Origin: Borreliella garinii
Lineage (GTDB): Bacteria; Spirochaetota; Spirochaetia; JABEVK01
Direction: 5' to 3'
Assembly: GCA_020720765.1 (NCBI GenBank)
Contig: DYOB01000003.1
Span: 3,170 to 67,169 of the forward strand
DNA length: 64,000 nucleotides
The stretch's first letter is position 1. Each line of letters begins with the position of its first letter. Shown piece after piece: positions 1 to 9,860 of this stretch. The translations under genes and the position numbers were made by a program. Below the pieces are notes generated by a model that saw only the letters and a list, made by a program, of their open reading frames with translations, made no database searches and was not told the DNA's origin.

Positions 1-174
1 GGTTAACGGGATAAACATTTCTGTGCCTAGATCCCCTTCTAGAAAAACAACCTGGTCTTTTTTGAATTCACGGACATCGCAAATTTCGAGAATTTTAGTC
101 AGATGTTCCTTATTGGTGCGTATATCGATAAAAAGAGGAATCGCACATATTTTTTCTTTTAAATTTTCTTTCAT
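1..174 (-). CDS. Cyclic nucleotide-binding (Crp-like) domain protein, 5' part only (runs off window)
   Basis: Translated by hand: MKENLKEKICAIPLFIDIRTNKEHLTKILEICDVREFKKDQVVFLEGDLGTEMFIPLT. IPLF and VFLEGDxGxEMF are cNMP-domain motifs. ATG overlaps the K+ channel stop (ATGA, 171-174). Confidence 0.8.
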   Translation of the reverse strand, partial: MKENLKEKICAIPLFIDIRTNKEHLTKILEICDVREFKKDQVVFLEGDLGTEMFIPLT

Positions 175-1340
175 ATCCGCTCCAATACAATCGCCCGCGA
201 GTGCCTAGGCAGGATATAATCGCCGTCCGGTAAAAGCACGGGCTTATTGGGTTCAAGGCTTTTTACTCGTGTTAAGTTTTGAACAAGGAGTGAAACATTG
301 CTGGTTTTTTGGGCCTCCCTTAAGGCATCGAGTTTTAATTTTTTTGGACTTCCTGAGTTTTCTAGAATCCCGATAAGAACCTTATTATGCGTGACAAAGT
401 AGTGTTCACGAAGTTCATTAAAATTTCTACCCACCCAACCAGCAGGAACAATCGGGGTAGCCATACGCACACCCCCGGATTTTCTATCGATAATATTATA
501 CATAATGTGGGACATTCCGCTGATAACACTGGTATTCGTCAGAAGTTTTCTTGTGATATCGCGTATTAAAAAAATCTCGTCGCACTGAGCGGCTTTTAGA
601 TTAGTTTCATACTTTTTGTCGATTAGTTCCGCACAAACGTAGGTGTCTTTTGCTATATTTTTTATCGTCATAACCGTCATAACTGTTTTTGAATCCACCT
701 CGGTTCCCGTTACAGACTCCACGATATCTGCGAGAACCAAGACCTTTGCTGCGCGTGTAACATTGGCTCGCATGAGTGTAGAATCGGAAAAGTAGTCCCC
801 GCGGACAAATCGAAGTCCGGTTAAAGATTTTTCTTCCCGCAGGGCTTCCACCTTTTCAGGATCGACATTGGAGATCAAAATGATATTTTCGGAGGGGAAT
901 TCCTCGGAGATTTCAACTATTTCAAGCAGGATGGCCTTGATATGGTCCTTCCATCCGCAAATTACCATGTGACCCGACATTCCAGGATAATCCATAAGCC
1001 CCCTCCTTGCCTTGCTGTTCCGTTCAACTATCAATGAAGCCGCCAAACCGGCTATATAACCCGCCACGGCTATTCCAAAAAACATCATTAGAACAGCTAT
1101 GACCCTCCCAAACCATGAGGAGGGAACCATGTCCCCGTAACCTGTGGTTGTAAAAGTCACAACACCCCACCAAAGCGAGTTAAAAAAAGAAAAAACATTG
1201 CTCCCGTCACCTTCTGCAAGCGAATACAGAAAAGACAGGACAAGAAAAAGGATGAGGCTGACAGTTAATGTCAAGGATATAGTTGATTCAGTAAAACGAA
1301 CTACTTTTCTTCGAAGAAAATTTAGAAATCTATATAACAA
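171..1340 (-). CDS. 2-TM potassium channel with RCK/TrkA-N domain
   Basis: Pore motif WWGVVTFTTTGYGD between two hydrophobic helices; HMVICGW Rossmann RCK start; GGAGG RBS before TTG. Confidence 0.9.
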   Translation of the reverse strand: MLYRFLNFLRRKVVRFTESTISLTLTVSLILFLVLSFLYSLAEGDGSNVFSFFNSLWWGVVTFTTTGYGDMVPSSWFGRVIAVLMMFFGIAVAGYIAGLAASLIVERNSKARRGLMDYPGMSGHMVICGWKDHIKAILLEIVEISEEFPSENIILISNVDPEKVEALREEKSLTGLRFVRGDYFSDSTLMRANVTRAAKVLVLADIVESVTGTEVDSKTVMTVMTIKNIAKDTYVCAELIDKKYETNLKAAQCDEIFLIRDITRKLLTNTSVISGMSHIMYNIIDRKSGGVRMATPIVPAGWVGRNFNELREHYFVTHNKVLIGILENSGSPKKLKLDALREAQKTSNVSLLVQNLTRVKSLEPNKPVLLPDGDYILPRHSRAIVLERI

Positions 1341-1381
1341 AAAGTCCTCCCCTTCTATTATCGAAAGGAAGGCTCCTCAGT

Positions 1382-2380
1382 TTAATGGGAAGTTTTTTTC
1401 AAACTCTTTTGCCTACGGCCCATCTGTGAAAAAACTATCATGGCTATGACGCCACCAAGTATCATCAAAAAGCTGAAAATTTGACCCGTTGAAAAATTCC
1501 ACGGAGAAATAATCAGATGGCTGGTGAGAATTCCGCCCTGGCTGTTCATAATGGCCTGTGGGTCCAACATGATGGGAAAGTCCATTCCTGCATCTGGGGT
1601 TCTGAGATATTCAACGACAAACCTCGCTACTCCATACCCGATGATGTAGGCGGAAAGGTAAAATCCTTTGAACATGTCCCTCTTTGAGAAGACCAACCAG
1701 AAAATTAAAAAGATCAGAATACCTTCTGAAAAAGCCTCGTAAAGCTGACTGGGGTGACGCGGCAGGTTAACCATACCGTTGATAACTGCGCTGTCTGGAA
1801 TTCCCGTTTGGGCCATGACTTCCTTAACCCAGGGCTCCCTCACAGAAAGCATGCTTCCAGTGGGAAAAATCATCCCCCAAGGTACCGTTGTAACTCTTCC
1901 ATAGAGTTCGCCGTTGATAAAATTCCCCAGCCGGCCGAAGGTGTAGCCTAAAGGTACCCCGTAAACGATCATATCCGACCACTGAAGGAGGTCAATTTTT
2001 TTCCATCGGGTATAGATTAAAGCTCCAACTAGCGCTCCAACAAAGCCCCCGTGGTAGCTTAACCCCTGAAAACCGAATGAACCGTCACGGTTGAAGGGCC
2101 AAAAGATCTCCCAGGGGTGGGTCCAATAATAACCGTCAGGGGTATAAACCAAGGTACCAAAAAGCCTTGCACCCAGCATCAAACCGACAATTAAAAAAGT
2201 GAAAAATTGTCCTGTCTGGTCTTTGCTGATATCCAGACCTTTTGCCTTCACCTGCCGCCTGAAAAGGATGTAGGTAATTCCAAAGGCGACAAGGTACATT
2301 ACAGCATACCAGCGGAAGGGTAGAATTCCAGGCAAAATCTCGGGTTTGAGCCAAGAAGGAAATTCTATATAATTGATCAA
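1382..2380 (-). CDS. lgt: Prolipoprotein diacylglyceryl transferase
   Basis: RWYAVMY, GLSYHGG, GRLGNFINGELYGR, RHPSQLYEA, RFVVEYLR motifs. Confidence 0.96.
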   Translation of the reverse strand: MINYIEFPSWLKPEILPGILPFRWYAVMYLVAFGITYILFRRQVKAKGLDISKDQTGQFFTFLIVGLMLGARLFGTLVYTPDGYYWTHPWEIFWPFNRDGSFGFQGLSYHGGFVGALVGALIYTRWKKIDLLQWSDMIVYGVPLGYTFGRLGNFINGELYGRVTTVPWGMIFPTGSMLSVREPWVKEVMAQTGIPDSAVINGMVNLPRHPSQLYEAFSEGILIFLIFWLVFSKRDMFKGFYLSAYIIGYGVARFVVEYLRTPDAGMDFPIMLDPQAIMNSQGGILTSHLIISPWNFSTGQIFSFLMILGGVIAMIVFSQMGRRQKSLKKTSH

Positions 2381-5292
2381 AGCGGTGTCTCCTCTAATTT
2401 TCCGGTCATAAGATTAAAAGTAATACGAACAGAAGTCTTTTTTTGTTGAACTTCTAAAAGCCTACCGTGACTTTCTATATTAACTCCTGGAAAAATACTA
2501 CCCTTGACGAGAATTTCTGAAGGAAAATGAACTTCAAATTTATCCCTTAGAAATATCAATTTCCGGCCTCTTTTTTCGAGCATTTTCATTAGTAGCACCT
2601 TTTTCTTTCTTACTGCGTCTAAATGTGCCTTTTGATCCGGTTTGCTGAACTTCAGCATCATCCGGTCAAGCGCTATAATCGATTGCCTGATCTTGTCCAC
2701 CTCCTTTTCTTCTGTTTTGATCTGATCCTCGACGAGATAATCCTGTCCGAAGGAAACTATTGTTTCTTTTTTCGAAGGATGCCCCAGATTGTGGACCTCC
2801 ATTCCGAATTTCGTTCTAATATTTCCACCCGCAATCGTACCTTCGGCCTTGGACTGTCGGATCCGGCCATTACATTTAAAGGTGCAAAACAAGGCCGAAT
2901 GCTGGATTACTGTATCACCAACGCTCATGAGTATGGTTCTCTCGGCCTGATGTACGCTGATATGTTTTTTGGCACTGATAACAGCTTTTCCTTCCCCCCT
3001 GACCAAACCTGATACAATGACGTTGATGCCCCCGGAAAGCAAACTAGCACCAACGTCGCCGTTGATTTTCAAATCACCTCCCGCGTAGAGGGCTACACCG
3101 GATTCAACACTGGTTTCGACAGCTACATTTCCTGCGAACTTGCGGTTACCTTCAGATTTTTTAGCTCCGTGAGGTAGGACTAAAGTGTCTTTAAGTTGAA
3201 GGGTTTTTCCATCGAAAAGAAACTCGCCGCTGCGTTCAGCCAATATCTGAACCCGTGTGGAATCTTCCAGCGGTTTAGTAGAAAAACCCGCCTCTAATTT
3301 AAGTTCCTGCACACTTTCAACCGCACAGGGAATAATATTGCCCATAATATCTACACCATCTGCACAAGTCCCGTCATGCGGGTCGTATTCTGCTATGACT
3401 GTTCCTGCTGTTGCGGAGCCCTGGGTTATATCTTTTTTAAGATCATGCCGGTTTTCGGTTTTGAAAAAGATACGCGCCCGGAGGTCAGAACCTGGTGCTT
3501 TTCCGCTTGCAACGAGAACCGATTCGACTTTCCCCGACTTTCTTGCTAAATCAAGAGCCTTTACTATTGCTTCATGGTCAATCCCGTCGAGGACTTGTTC
3601 CTGTTTTAGGGTTTCCTCTATTTGAGTGGTCGTTAGAGGTGATCCGGTACCCAATGCTTGATAAAGGTTCATGCGAGCACTCATATGATCGTTGCTGTGA
3701 AAGACCTCGACGAGCGCGTCTTTGTGTTTTCGAAGTCGTAAGTAATAACCTGTTTCATCTTCTTTTATTTCAACAAAACCGTCTTCGAAAGCCAGCACAG
3801 AATCTCCCACCCTTCGTATTTCCCCAAAACAAAAAAGTCGAGGGTCGTTGCCAGGAAATGGCGGAACAATTTCTCCAAAAATATCCACGCCGGTAACACC
3901 TGGTACCCCATTTCCCAGGTTCAGCACCGCTACTGTGCCTTCTGCGTTTACTACTGCACCTTTTTGAACTTGTTCAAGTGGAAATTCCATTAATCCCGGA
4001 GTTTCTTTAAGGAAAAGAGGGTTGGCTTTAATACGTTGATGGATGATTTTTAGAGCATCATGTGTTAAAAAATTTACTCGAAAATCTAGAATACGGTCAG
4101 GATTCCTTGTTGGGCTTTTACCTTGGGCAAAAATAAAGTCTTGCAAAAGGATTTTATCGGACGCCATAAAAGCATTCACCGTTTTCATGACTTCGCCAAT
4201 AACAAGATTTTTTATTGTTAAAGCTGAAATTTCTTTTACAAGTGTAGTTAGATTTAACGGCGCCCCTTTTCCTGTCGGTTTGTATAAGGTCATGGCCGCT
4301 TTGAGTTTATCTGTGGAAATGTTAATTTCACTGCGTCCGTCAGAGGTACTTGTCAAGGAAAATCCGGTCACAGCTATCTGGCTTTGAAGCGATTTTCTGA
4401 TAACTGCGTCAATATCCCCTTTTGATAGGACACGTTCAATTGGGAAACCATCGCTTTCCAATTTTTTAAGAATTTCAGCCGAATCCACGATCGGGGCCTC
4501 GATGCTACCTGGATGAAAATCCAAATGAGCGTTGGATTTATCGGGAGAATAGGAAATTTGAAATTGATGGGGCAGGTATTCCAGGACTTCAACCCAGTTT
4601 TTTCCGCGCCTCACAAAGCCAGACACCAAGACCTTGTAACCGTCTTTAGACTTTTCGATGCCTTCTCCAAGAAAAAACTTTCCACTCGGCACCTGGGGCG
4701 GTGGCACCAACCGCCCACCCAGATCACGCCCCGGTTTGCCCGGCTTCGAGGGAAAACTTGTTCCGATTTTCTGCCCGGCCTCGAAGAACCCTACGGCTAG
4801 AGACTGCGCTGATACGATCACGTGTTCACGGACTTCCCTTATTTCATTTGTAATTTGGGTTTCTACTTTTTTTCCTGCAAAAAGCCCGCCTTTAACTTCG
4901 ACCTGCTTTTTTATTTCAATCTTTTCCTTCTTAACATCGAAGACCGCGGGGTTGGGGTTCTTTTTTAAAATTCTGTCGGCAATATTTTTCATGTCTTCCG
5001 GAATTAAAAAATCATCCCATTCGACTTCTTCCGCAACAGGCGGTAGGGGCAATATTCCTTTGGCGAAAACAAACTGGAGGCTCTTTTCTTTTGATTGAAC
5101 AAACTTATCGATCTGGTAATCAATATCTGTTTTCTTAAACCCTTCTTTGATCCCCATGGTCATCAAATGCTTCGTTAGCCGTTCGGAATCCCAATTTTCC
5201 CCCGGACTTTTTTCCAGGATAAGAGATGCTTCCAAAAGGGGCGCATTGATTTCTGCCTTGAGGATTCCAGAAAATTTAAAACCTTTATCCAA
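2377..5292 (-). CDS. FapA/DUF342 family protein, long form with repeated N-terminal modules
   Basis: Repeated 'S.DK..A' and 'G.D..G..IP' modules; C-terminal beta-helix-like region (GNxKFAGNV, GTIAGG) and coiled coil. Confidence 0.8.
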   Translation of the reverse strand: MDKGFKFSGILKAEINAPLLEASLILEKSPGENWDSERLTKHLMTMGIKEGFKKTDIDYQIDKFVQSKEKSLQFVFAKGILPLPPVAEEVEWDDFLIPEDMKNIADRILKKNPNPAVFDVKKEKIEIKKQVEVKGGLFAGKKVETQITNEIREVREHVIVSAQSLAVGFFEAGQKIGTSFPSKPGKPGRDLGGRLVPPPQVPSGKFFLGEGIEKSKDGYKVLVSGFVRRGKNWVEVLEYLPHQFQISYSPDKSNAHLDFHPGSIEAPIVDSAEILKKLESDGFPIERVLSKGDIDAVIRKSLQSQIAVTGFSLTSTSDGRSEINISTDKLKAAMTLYKPTGKGAPLNLTTLVKEISALTIKNLVIGEVMKTVNAFMASDKILLQDFIFAQGKSPTRNPDRILDFRVNFLTHDALKIIHQRIKANPLFLKETPGLMEFPLEQVQKGAVVNAEGTVAVLNLGNGVPGVTGVDIFGEIVPPFPGNDPRLFCFGEIRRVGDSVLAFEDGFVEIKEDETGYYLRLRKHKDALVEVFHSNDHMSARMNLYQALGTGSPLTTTQIEETLKQEQVLDGIDHEAIVKALDLARKSGKVESVLVASGKAPGSDLRARIFFKTENRHDLKKDITQGSATAGTVIAEYDPHDGTCADGVDIMGNIIPCAVESVQELKLEAGFSTKPLEDSTRVQILAERSGEFLFDGKTLQLKDTLVLPHGAKKSEGNRKFAGNVAVETSVESGVALYAGGDLKINGDVGASLLSGGINVIVSGLVRGEGKAVISAKKHISVHQAERTILMSVGDTVIQHSALFCTFKCNGRIRQSKAEGTIAGGNIRTKFGMEVHNLGHPSKKETIVSFGQDYLVEDQIKTEEKEVDKIRQSIIALDRMMLKFSKPDQKAHLDAVRKKKVLLMKMLEKRGRKLIFLRDKFEVHFPSEILVKGSIFPGVNIESHGRLLEVQQKKTSVRITFNLMTGKLEETPL

Positions 5293-5304
5293 AACACTTC
5301 TCCA

Positions 5305-6444
5305 TCACAAACGAACCCCTGCCTGAAGAGCTTTTACAACCTTGGATTTTAAAAGGAGGTTTTCTTTTCGAAGCTGGGTTATTTCCAACTGTTGGGTTCT
5401 CACGGTTTCGACGAGATCGCCCATAGAAAGCGTACCGGAATCCAGTAGGTCTTCTAAAAACTCTACCCGGGATTCAAAATCAACTTCAGCTTCCTGGCTG
5501 GCAGTCTGGAAATTTTCATCCAGAAATTCCCAGTCCAAGGGACCGTCATCGAGACCCTCCGTCGAGATAATTTTTTCAGAGATGCGATAGATGGCCTGGC
5601 TTAATACGCTCTGGGGTTTGTAAAGAACAATTGGCAGGCGCGCGCCTAAAGCGATATCCTGGAGTTCGTCCCGGTAGATCACCCCCAAATGATCGAGTTC
5701 TATTCCCAAGTATTCCCTGCATGACCGCCTGACTTTTGCCGCTTTTTCAGCGTCTTCAGGATGTTCCAGCATATTAAACACCAATCTCGGTTGAAACTTT
5801 CCAACTGCGTTGTTAAAGGCTTGTGCGCTAACAGGGTCTTTTTCCTTAACCGTCTCAAGGAATCTTGGCAAATACAGTTTTTGGGCCTGGGATCCGCTCG
5901 TTAAGATTTTATTGAGTTGCTCTTTTGCCCAGGAACCTTTTTTAAAACTCGTATCCAATAACCTGAATACAGCGTTTTTAAGAAAAAAATAGGCGTTAAG
6001 CGTAGCGGTTAAGGTCGGTGTCGTTACAACAATACCCCTGCTGGAAGTGAGAAAACTATCGACAGTGTTGGTGCTTGTACCTGCACCCAAGTCCATAATA
6101 AGGTAATCAGCCTCAAGATTGAGAAGATTTTTTAGGAGTTTGTTTTTTTGTTGGAATTTTATATTTGCCATTCCGGGAATTTCAGAGTCTCCTGGAAGGA
6201 ACTGAAGATTGGGTACATCTGTATCCAGGAGAAGCTTGTTGAGCGCTACCCCCTCAAAGAGAAAGGAACCTATTCCCTGGGGAATGGCCCTCAATCCCAA
6301 AATCAAATGCAGGTTCGAACCGCCCAGGTCAAGATCTGTGAGAATCACCTTTTTTCCAGCTTGAGCCAATGCAATTGAGAGGTTGGCAGAAAGAAGGGAT
6401 TTCCCTACCCCGCCTTTTCCGCTGGCTATGGGAATAATATGCAT
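5305..6444 (-). CDS. MinD/FlhG(YlxH)-like P-loop ATPase with C-terminal coiled coil
   Basis: Deviant Walker A ASGKGGVGKS, DLDLGGSNL, IMDLGAGTS. Confidence 0.9.
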   Translation of the reverse strand: MHIIPIASGKGGVGKSLLSANLSIALAQAGKKVILTDLDLGGSNLHLILGLRAIPQGIGSFLFEGVALNKLLLDTDVPNLQFLPGDSEIPGMANIKFQQKNKLLKNLLNLEADYLIMDLGAGTSTNTVDSFLTSSRGIVVTTPTLTATLNAYFFLKNAVFRLLDTSFKKGSWAKEQLNKILTSGSQAQKLYLPRFLETVKEKDPVSAQAFNNAVGKFQPRLVFNMLEHPEDAEKAAKVRRSCREYLGIELDHLGVIYRDELQDIALGARLPIVLYKPQSVLSQAIYRISEKIISTEGLDDGPLDWEFLDENFQTASQEAEVDFESRVEFLEDLLDSGTLSMGDLVETVRTQQLEITQLRKENLLLKSKVVKALQAGVRL

Positions 6445-6845
6445 TACCTAGGCTCCTTGCCAACTATGGCTGATGCATGGATTTGCCTAAAAATCAGGTA
6501 CACAACCAAAGAAGAAAAGAGGGCGCTTAAAAATAAATACCCGCCCCATTTAACAAGGATTTCAGACTGGGGGGGGAAGTCAAAGAACTTAGGCAGTAAA
6601 ATAATACTAAATTTTATAAAATTCAGGACAACGTTCACAGCGCCAAGGGGATATAATTCCTTAATTTCCCTATAAAATATGTACATAGGTAGAAAACTTG
6701 CATAGGCAGAAAATGCCAGCACGAAAAGCGCTGAGGTAAATGGGTCCGGCATCAAGTCCCTCATCACAAGGAAAACAAAAAAAAGCAGAGATAAAAGAGA
6801 AAGTGCTTCCAGGGCAATAAGAAAAGGTTTTGGCTGAAATTGCAT
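6444..6845 (-). CDS. Hypothetical 4-TM membrane protein
   Basis: Four hydrophobic segments. Start moved to ATG 6845 because the promoter TTGACC-17-TACAAT ends 6 nt upstream; stop overlaps the next ATG. Confidence 0.7.
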   Translation of the reverse strand: MQFQPKPFLIALEALSLLSLLFFVFLVMRDLMPDPFTSALFVLAFSAYASFLPMYIFYREIKELYPLGAVNVVLNFIKFSIILLPKFFDFPPQSEILVKWGGYLFLSALFSSLVVYLIFRQIHASAIVGKEPR

Positions 6846-6851
6846 GTTTTC

Positions 6852-6913
6852 ATTGTATGAGGGGTATCCAGTAGGGTCAAGGCGTTGACAAAGCATCGTG
6901 AAAAAATAACTAT
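6852..6913. promoter_or_regulatory. Back-to-back divergent sigma70-type promoters
   Basis: Minus strand: TTGACC(6880-6875)-17-TACAAT(6857-6852). Plus strand: TTGACA(6885-6890)-17-AACTAT(6908-6913). Each -10 is 6 nt from an ATG. Confidence 0.65.
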
Positions 6914-6919
6914 CTTAGA

Positions 6920-8347
6920 ATGAAAACTTATTGGAAACTTGGGCTTTTCGCCCTAGCAGGAATCCTTCTTACAGCCTTCCTTGTTTTTACCCCTTTTCTT
7001 ACTGCACAGACCCCGTCCATCGTTCCACAGGGTACAAACTCCACCTCGACCTACGCACAAATGTTCCAAACAGCAATGAACTTTGTTCTTACACGGTATG
7101 TGGACGAACCGGATCCCCAGGTACTTTTCGAGGGCGCGATGAAGGGCATGCTGGAAGCTCTCGACGACCCCTATACCGCCTATCTTAATGAATCCGATTA
7201 CAGAGGCCTTACCGATACAACGCAAGGTGAATTCGGGGGGGTCGGTCTTTTTATCAATAAAGTCAGTTTAAGCCAAATACGTCCTGATGGCCCTATAACA
7301 CAATATTTTGTGGAAGTCGTAAGCCCCATCGACGACACCCCGGCTCATAGGGCGGGAATTCTGGCTGGCGACTTTATCACCGATATCGAAGGGGAAAGTG
7401 TGAAAACCCTTGAAATGGACGAAGTCCTTAAAAAACTACGCGGCAGACCGGGCTCTCCTGTAATAATCACCATCCTCAGGCAGGATACTATCACGTTTGA
7501 TGTCACCCTCAACAGAGCCATCATTGAGGTTCCCAGTGTGCGTCATCAAATGATCGATGATATCGGTTATTTAAGAATCCTTCAGTTCACCTCCCACACA
7601 GCCGAAAGAACCGAAGCCGCCCTGAAGGATATTGTGTCTAAAAATCCTAAAGCTCTCATCCTCGATCTTCGTTCGAACCCGGGCGGGCTTCTTGGCTCTG
7701 TTGTCCAGGTTGCCGACTTTTTCTTTCCCGAAGGCACTCTCGTTAGCACCCGATCCCGCAACCCTAGAGAAAACCAGACTTTCCCGGCCTCGGTCGGGTA
7801 CGAATTCTCTCCGACTCTTCCCATTGTTGTCCTCATCGATAAAGGCAGTGCAAGCGCATCTGAAATTCTTGCCGGCGCGATGAAGGATAGAAAACGCGCC
7901 TTCTTGATTGGTGAAACATCTTACGGTAAGGGATCTGTTCAGCAGGTTGTACCTTTTGGCCGAACGGGTTTCAGAATGACAACAGCCAGGTATTACACCC
8001 CCAACGATATAAGTATCGATAAAATCGGCGTAGTTCCCGACAAAGAAATAAAGATACCCGACCTCACAGAGTCGGAACAGGACGCTTTTAAAAAGCTTAT
8101 GCAGTCCGGAAGAATCGAACTACTCGTAAGACAGGTTACAAAACCAACACCCGATCAAATGCAAAGCTGGGTGGTGAGGCTTCAAAATGAAGGGTTTTCC
8201 CTGGAACAGAGGATACTTAGAAGGTTGATTCAAAATGAAGTCAACCGTGTCAATAATATTTCTCCTCCTTCCGTGGACCTTGAATATGACCTCGTGCTTT
8301 CCCAAACCCTGGATTTGATCCGGCAAGGACAAATACCCCGTTTGTGA
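6920..8347 (+). CDS. ctpA: Carboxyl-terminal processing protease (S41, PDZ)
   Basis: LDDPYT, GEFGGVG, LDLRSNPGGLL, SASASEILAGA, SYGKGSVQ; N-terminal signal/anchor. Confidence 0.94.
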   Translation: MKTYWKLGLFALAGILLTAFLVFTPFLTAQTPSIVPQGTNSTSTYAQMFQTAMNFVLTRYVDEPDPQVLFEGAMKGMLEALDDPYTAYLNESDYRGLTDTTQGEFGGVGLFINKVSLSQIRPDGPITQYFVEVVSPIDDTPAHRAGILAGDFITDIEGESVKTLEMDEVLKKLRGRPGSPVIITILRQDTITFDVTLNRAIIEVPSVRHQMIDDIGYLRILQFTSHTAERTEAALKDIVSKNPKALILDLRSNPGGLLGSVVQVADFFFPEGTLVSTRSRNPRENQTFPASVGYEFSPTLPIVVLIDKGSASASEILAGAMKDRKRAFLIGETSYGKGSVQQVVPFGRTGFRMTTARYYTPNDISIDKIGVVPDKEIKIPDLTESEQDAFKKLMQSGRIELLVRQVTKPTPDQMQSWVVRLQNEGFSLEQRILRRLIQNEVNRVNNISPPSVDLEYDLVLSQTLDLIRQGQIPRL

Positions 8348-9090
8348 AACAACTCGTTCTTGACATTTCCCCGGAAGATGGTGCAAGCCTACAACTGACG
8401 GGGGAAACTTTCCACTATCTCGTCAATGTACGCCGCGAGAAAACGGGTCACGTGATTTCTACATTGTCTCCGAACGGCACCCCCGGCCGTTTATTGATAC
8501 AGGAAATAGGAAAAGATTTTCTGCTAGGGGAATGGAAATCGCTTGATTTGAAGAACACAAAAGAAAGACATTTGACTGTGACCCTTTACCCGGCCGCCCT
8601 AAAAGGTAACAAACTCGACGATGTTCTTCGCCAAAGTGTCGAATCCGGGATTGCCTCCTGGCACCCTTGGATAGCACATCATTCCATCAGCAGGCCGGAT
8701 TCTGAAAGAGGAAGGGAACGTTGGTTGAAAATCACCAGGGAAGCCCTTCAGCAATCCGGTCGTACGACACCTGTGGAGACAATAGGTTATTCAGACTATA
8801 CTCAGATGTGTGTGCGTTGGCGGGTGGAGAAGACTCTTTTGGTTTTCCACCATGAACCTCTTCATAGTGTTGGTTTTCATTCTGTTCTTAGGGATGATGT
8901 TTCCCAGGTTGGTTTGGTTTTTGGCCCGGAGGGCGGTTTGAACCGGGAAGAAGTTCTGTTTTTCCAGGATATCAACGCTCATTTTATCTGGCTTGGTTCC
9001 GGGATTTTACGTAGTGAAACAGCGATTATTTATTCATTGGGTGCAATAAAAACTATTTTTCAGGAGAAAGCCTTATGGAAAACCCCATAG
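8344..9090 (+). CDS. rsmE: 16S rRNA m3U1498 methyltransferase
   Basis: HYLVNVRR, EALQQSGR, FGPEGG, LGSGILRSETA; GTGA overlap with ctpA. Confidence 0.92.
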   Translation: MKQLVLDISPEDGASLQLTGETFHYLVNVRREKTGHVISTLSPNGTPGRLLIQEIGKDFLLGEWKSLDLKNTKERHLTVTLYPAALKGNKLDDVLRQSVESGIASWHPWIAHHSISRPDSERGRERWLKITREALQQSGRTTPVETIGYSDYTQMCVRWRVEKTLLVFHHEPLHSVGFHSVLRDDVSQVGLVFGPEGGLNREEVLFFQDINAHFIWLGSGILRSETAIIYSLGAIKTIFQEKALWKTP

Positions 9091-9848
9091 TGAAGCAAAT
9101 TCAGCGAATCAATTTTTTAGGGGTACCTATCGATATACTCCCCGAAAAACACCTTGAAGCTGTTATTCTTAAAATGCTTGAAAGTGGAAAAAGCTGGAAA
9201 ATTGTTCTTCTGTCTTATAAGGATTTCCGCAAAGCGCGCCGTGATAAGGAGCTCCAAACCTACCTTTTCCGCGCCGGGCTTGTCATACCTGTGGATAAAA
9301 GCCTCGAATGGGGGATGAAGGCTTTGGGCCTTCCTATACCGGTCCGTTACCACCCCTTTGACTTTGCGATTCGACTTTTCGGAATACTCGAACAAAAGAG
9401 AATGAGCCTCTACCTCCTTGGCGGAAGCGTCCCCGAAGTCCAAAAAGCCGCAGATACTGTTAAAACAGGTTTTCCTGGGCTTGTGCTTATTGGCCGCCAC
9501 GCTGGAAGATACCCGAAAGAGACTGAAACAACCATTCAGACAGCAATACAAAAATCGAGCCCTTCCTTGCTTTTCGCAGGTACAGGTCTACAAGGCCGCG
9601 TTAAATGGATATTTTACGCGGAAAAAACCATTACCAGCCCCTTGGTCTTTTGGTCGGCTGAAGCCTTTCAAATCATTGTAGGTAAAAAACGTTTGCCGCC
9701 GAGGGAAATCTTCAAATCTCGTTTTCGTCAAGGAACTCTGGGACTTGCTGGATTATGGTACAACCCATTCCGGTGGTTACGGATTTTCAGCTACCTCAGC
9801 TATGCCTTGATAGTTCTTTTTTCCAAGCTATTTTCAAAAAAGGTTTGA
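9075..9848 (+). CDS. WecB/TagA/CpsF family glycosyltransferase (divergent)
   Basis: RINFLGVPID, LYLLGG, PGLVLIGRHAG, SPSLLFAG pattern. Confidence 0.8.
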   Translation: MENPIVKQIQRINFLGVPIDILPEKHLEAVILKMLESGKSWKIVLLSYKDFRKARRDKELQTYLFRAGLVIPVDKSLEWGMKALGLPIPVRYHPFDFAIRLFGILEQKRMSLYLLGGSVPEVQKAADTVKTGFPGLVLIGRHAGRYPKETETTIQTAIQKSSPSLLFAGTGLQGRVKWIFYAEKTITSPLVFWSAEAFQIIVGKKRLPPREIFKSRFRQGTLGLAGLWYNPFRWLRIFSYLSYALIVLFSKLFSKKV

Positions 9849-9860
9849 AAAAACTCTTAC

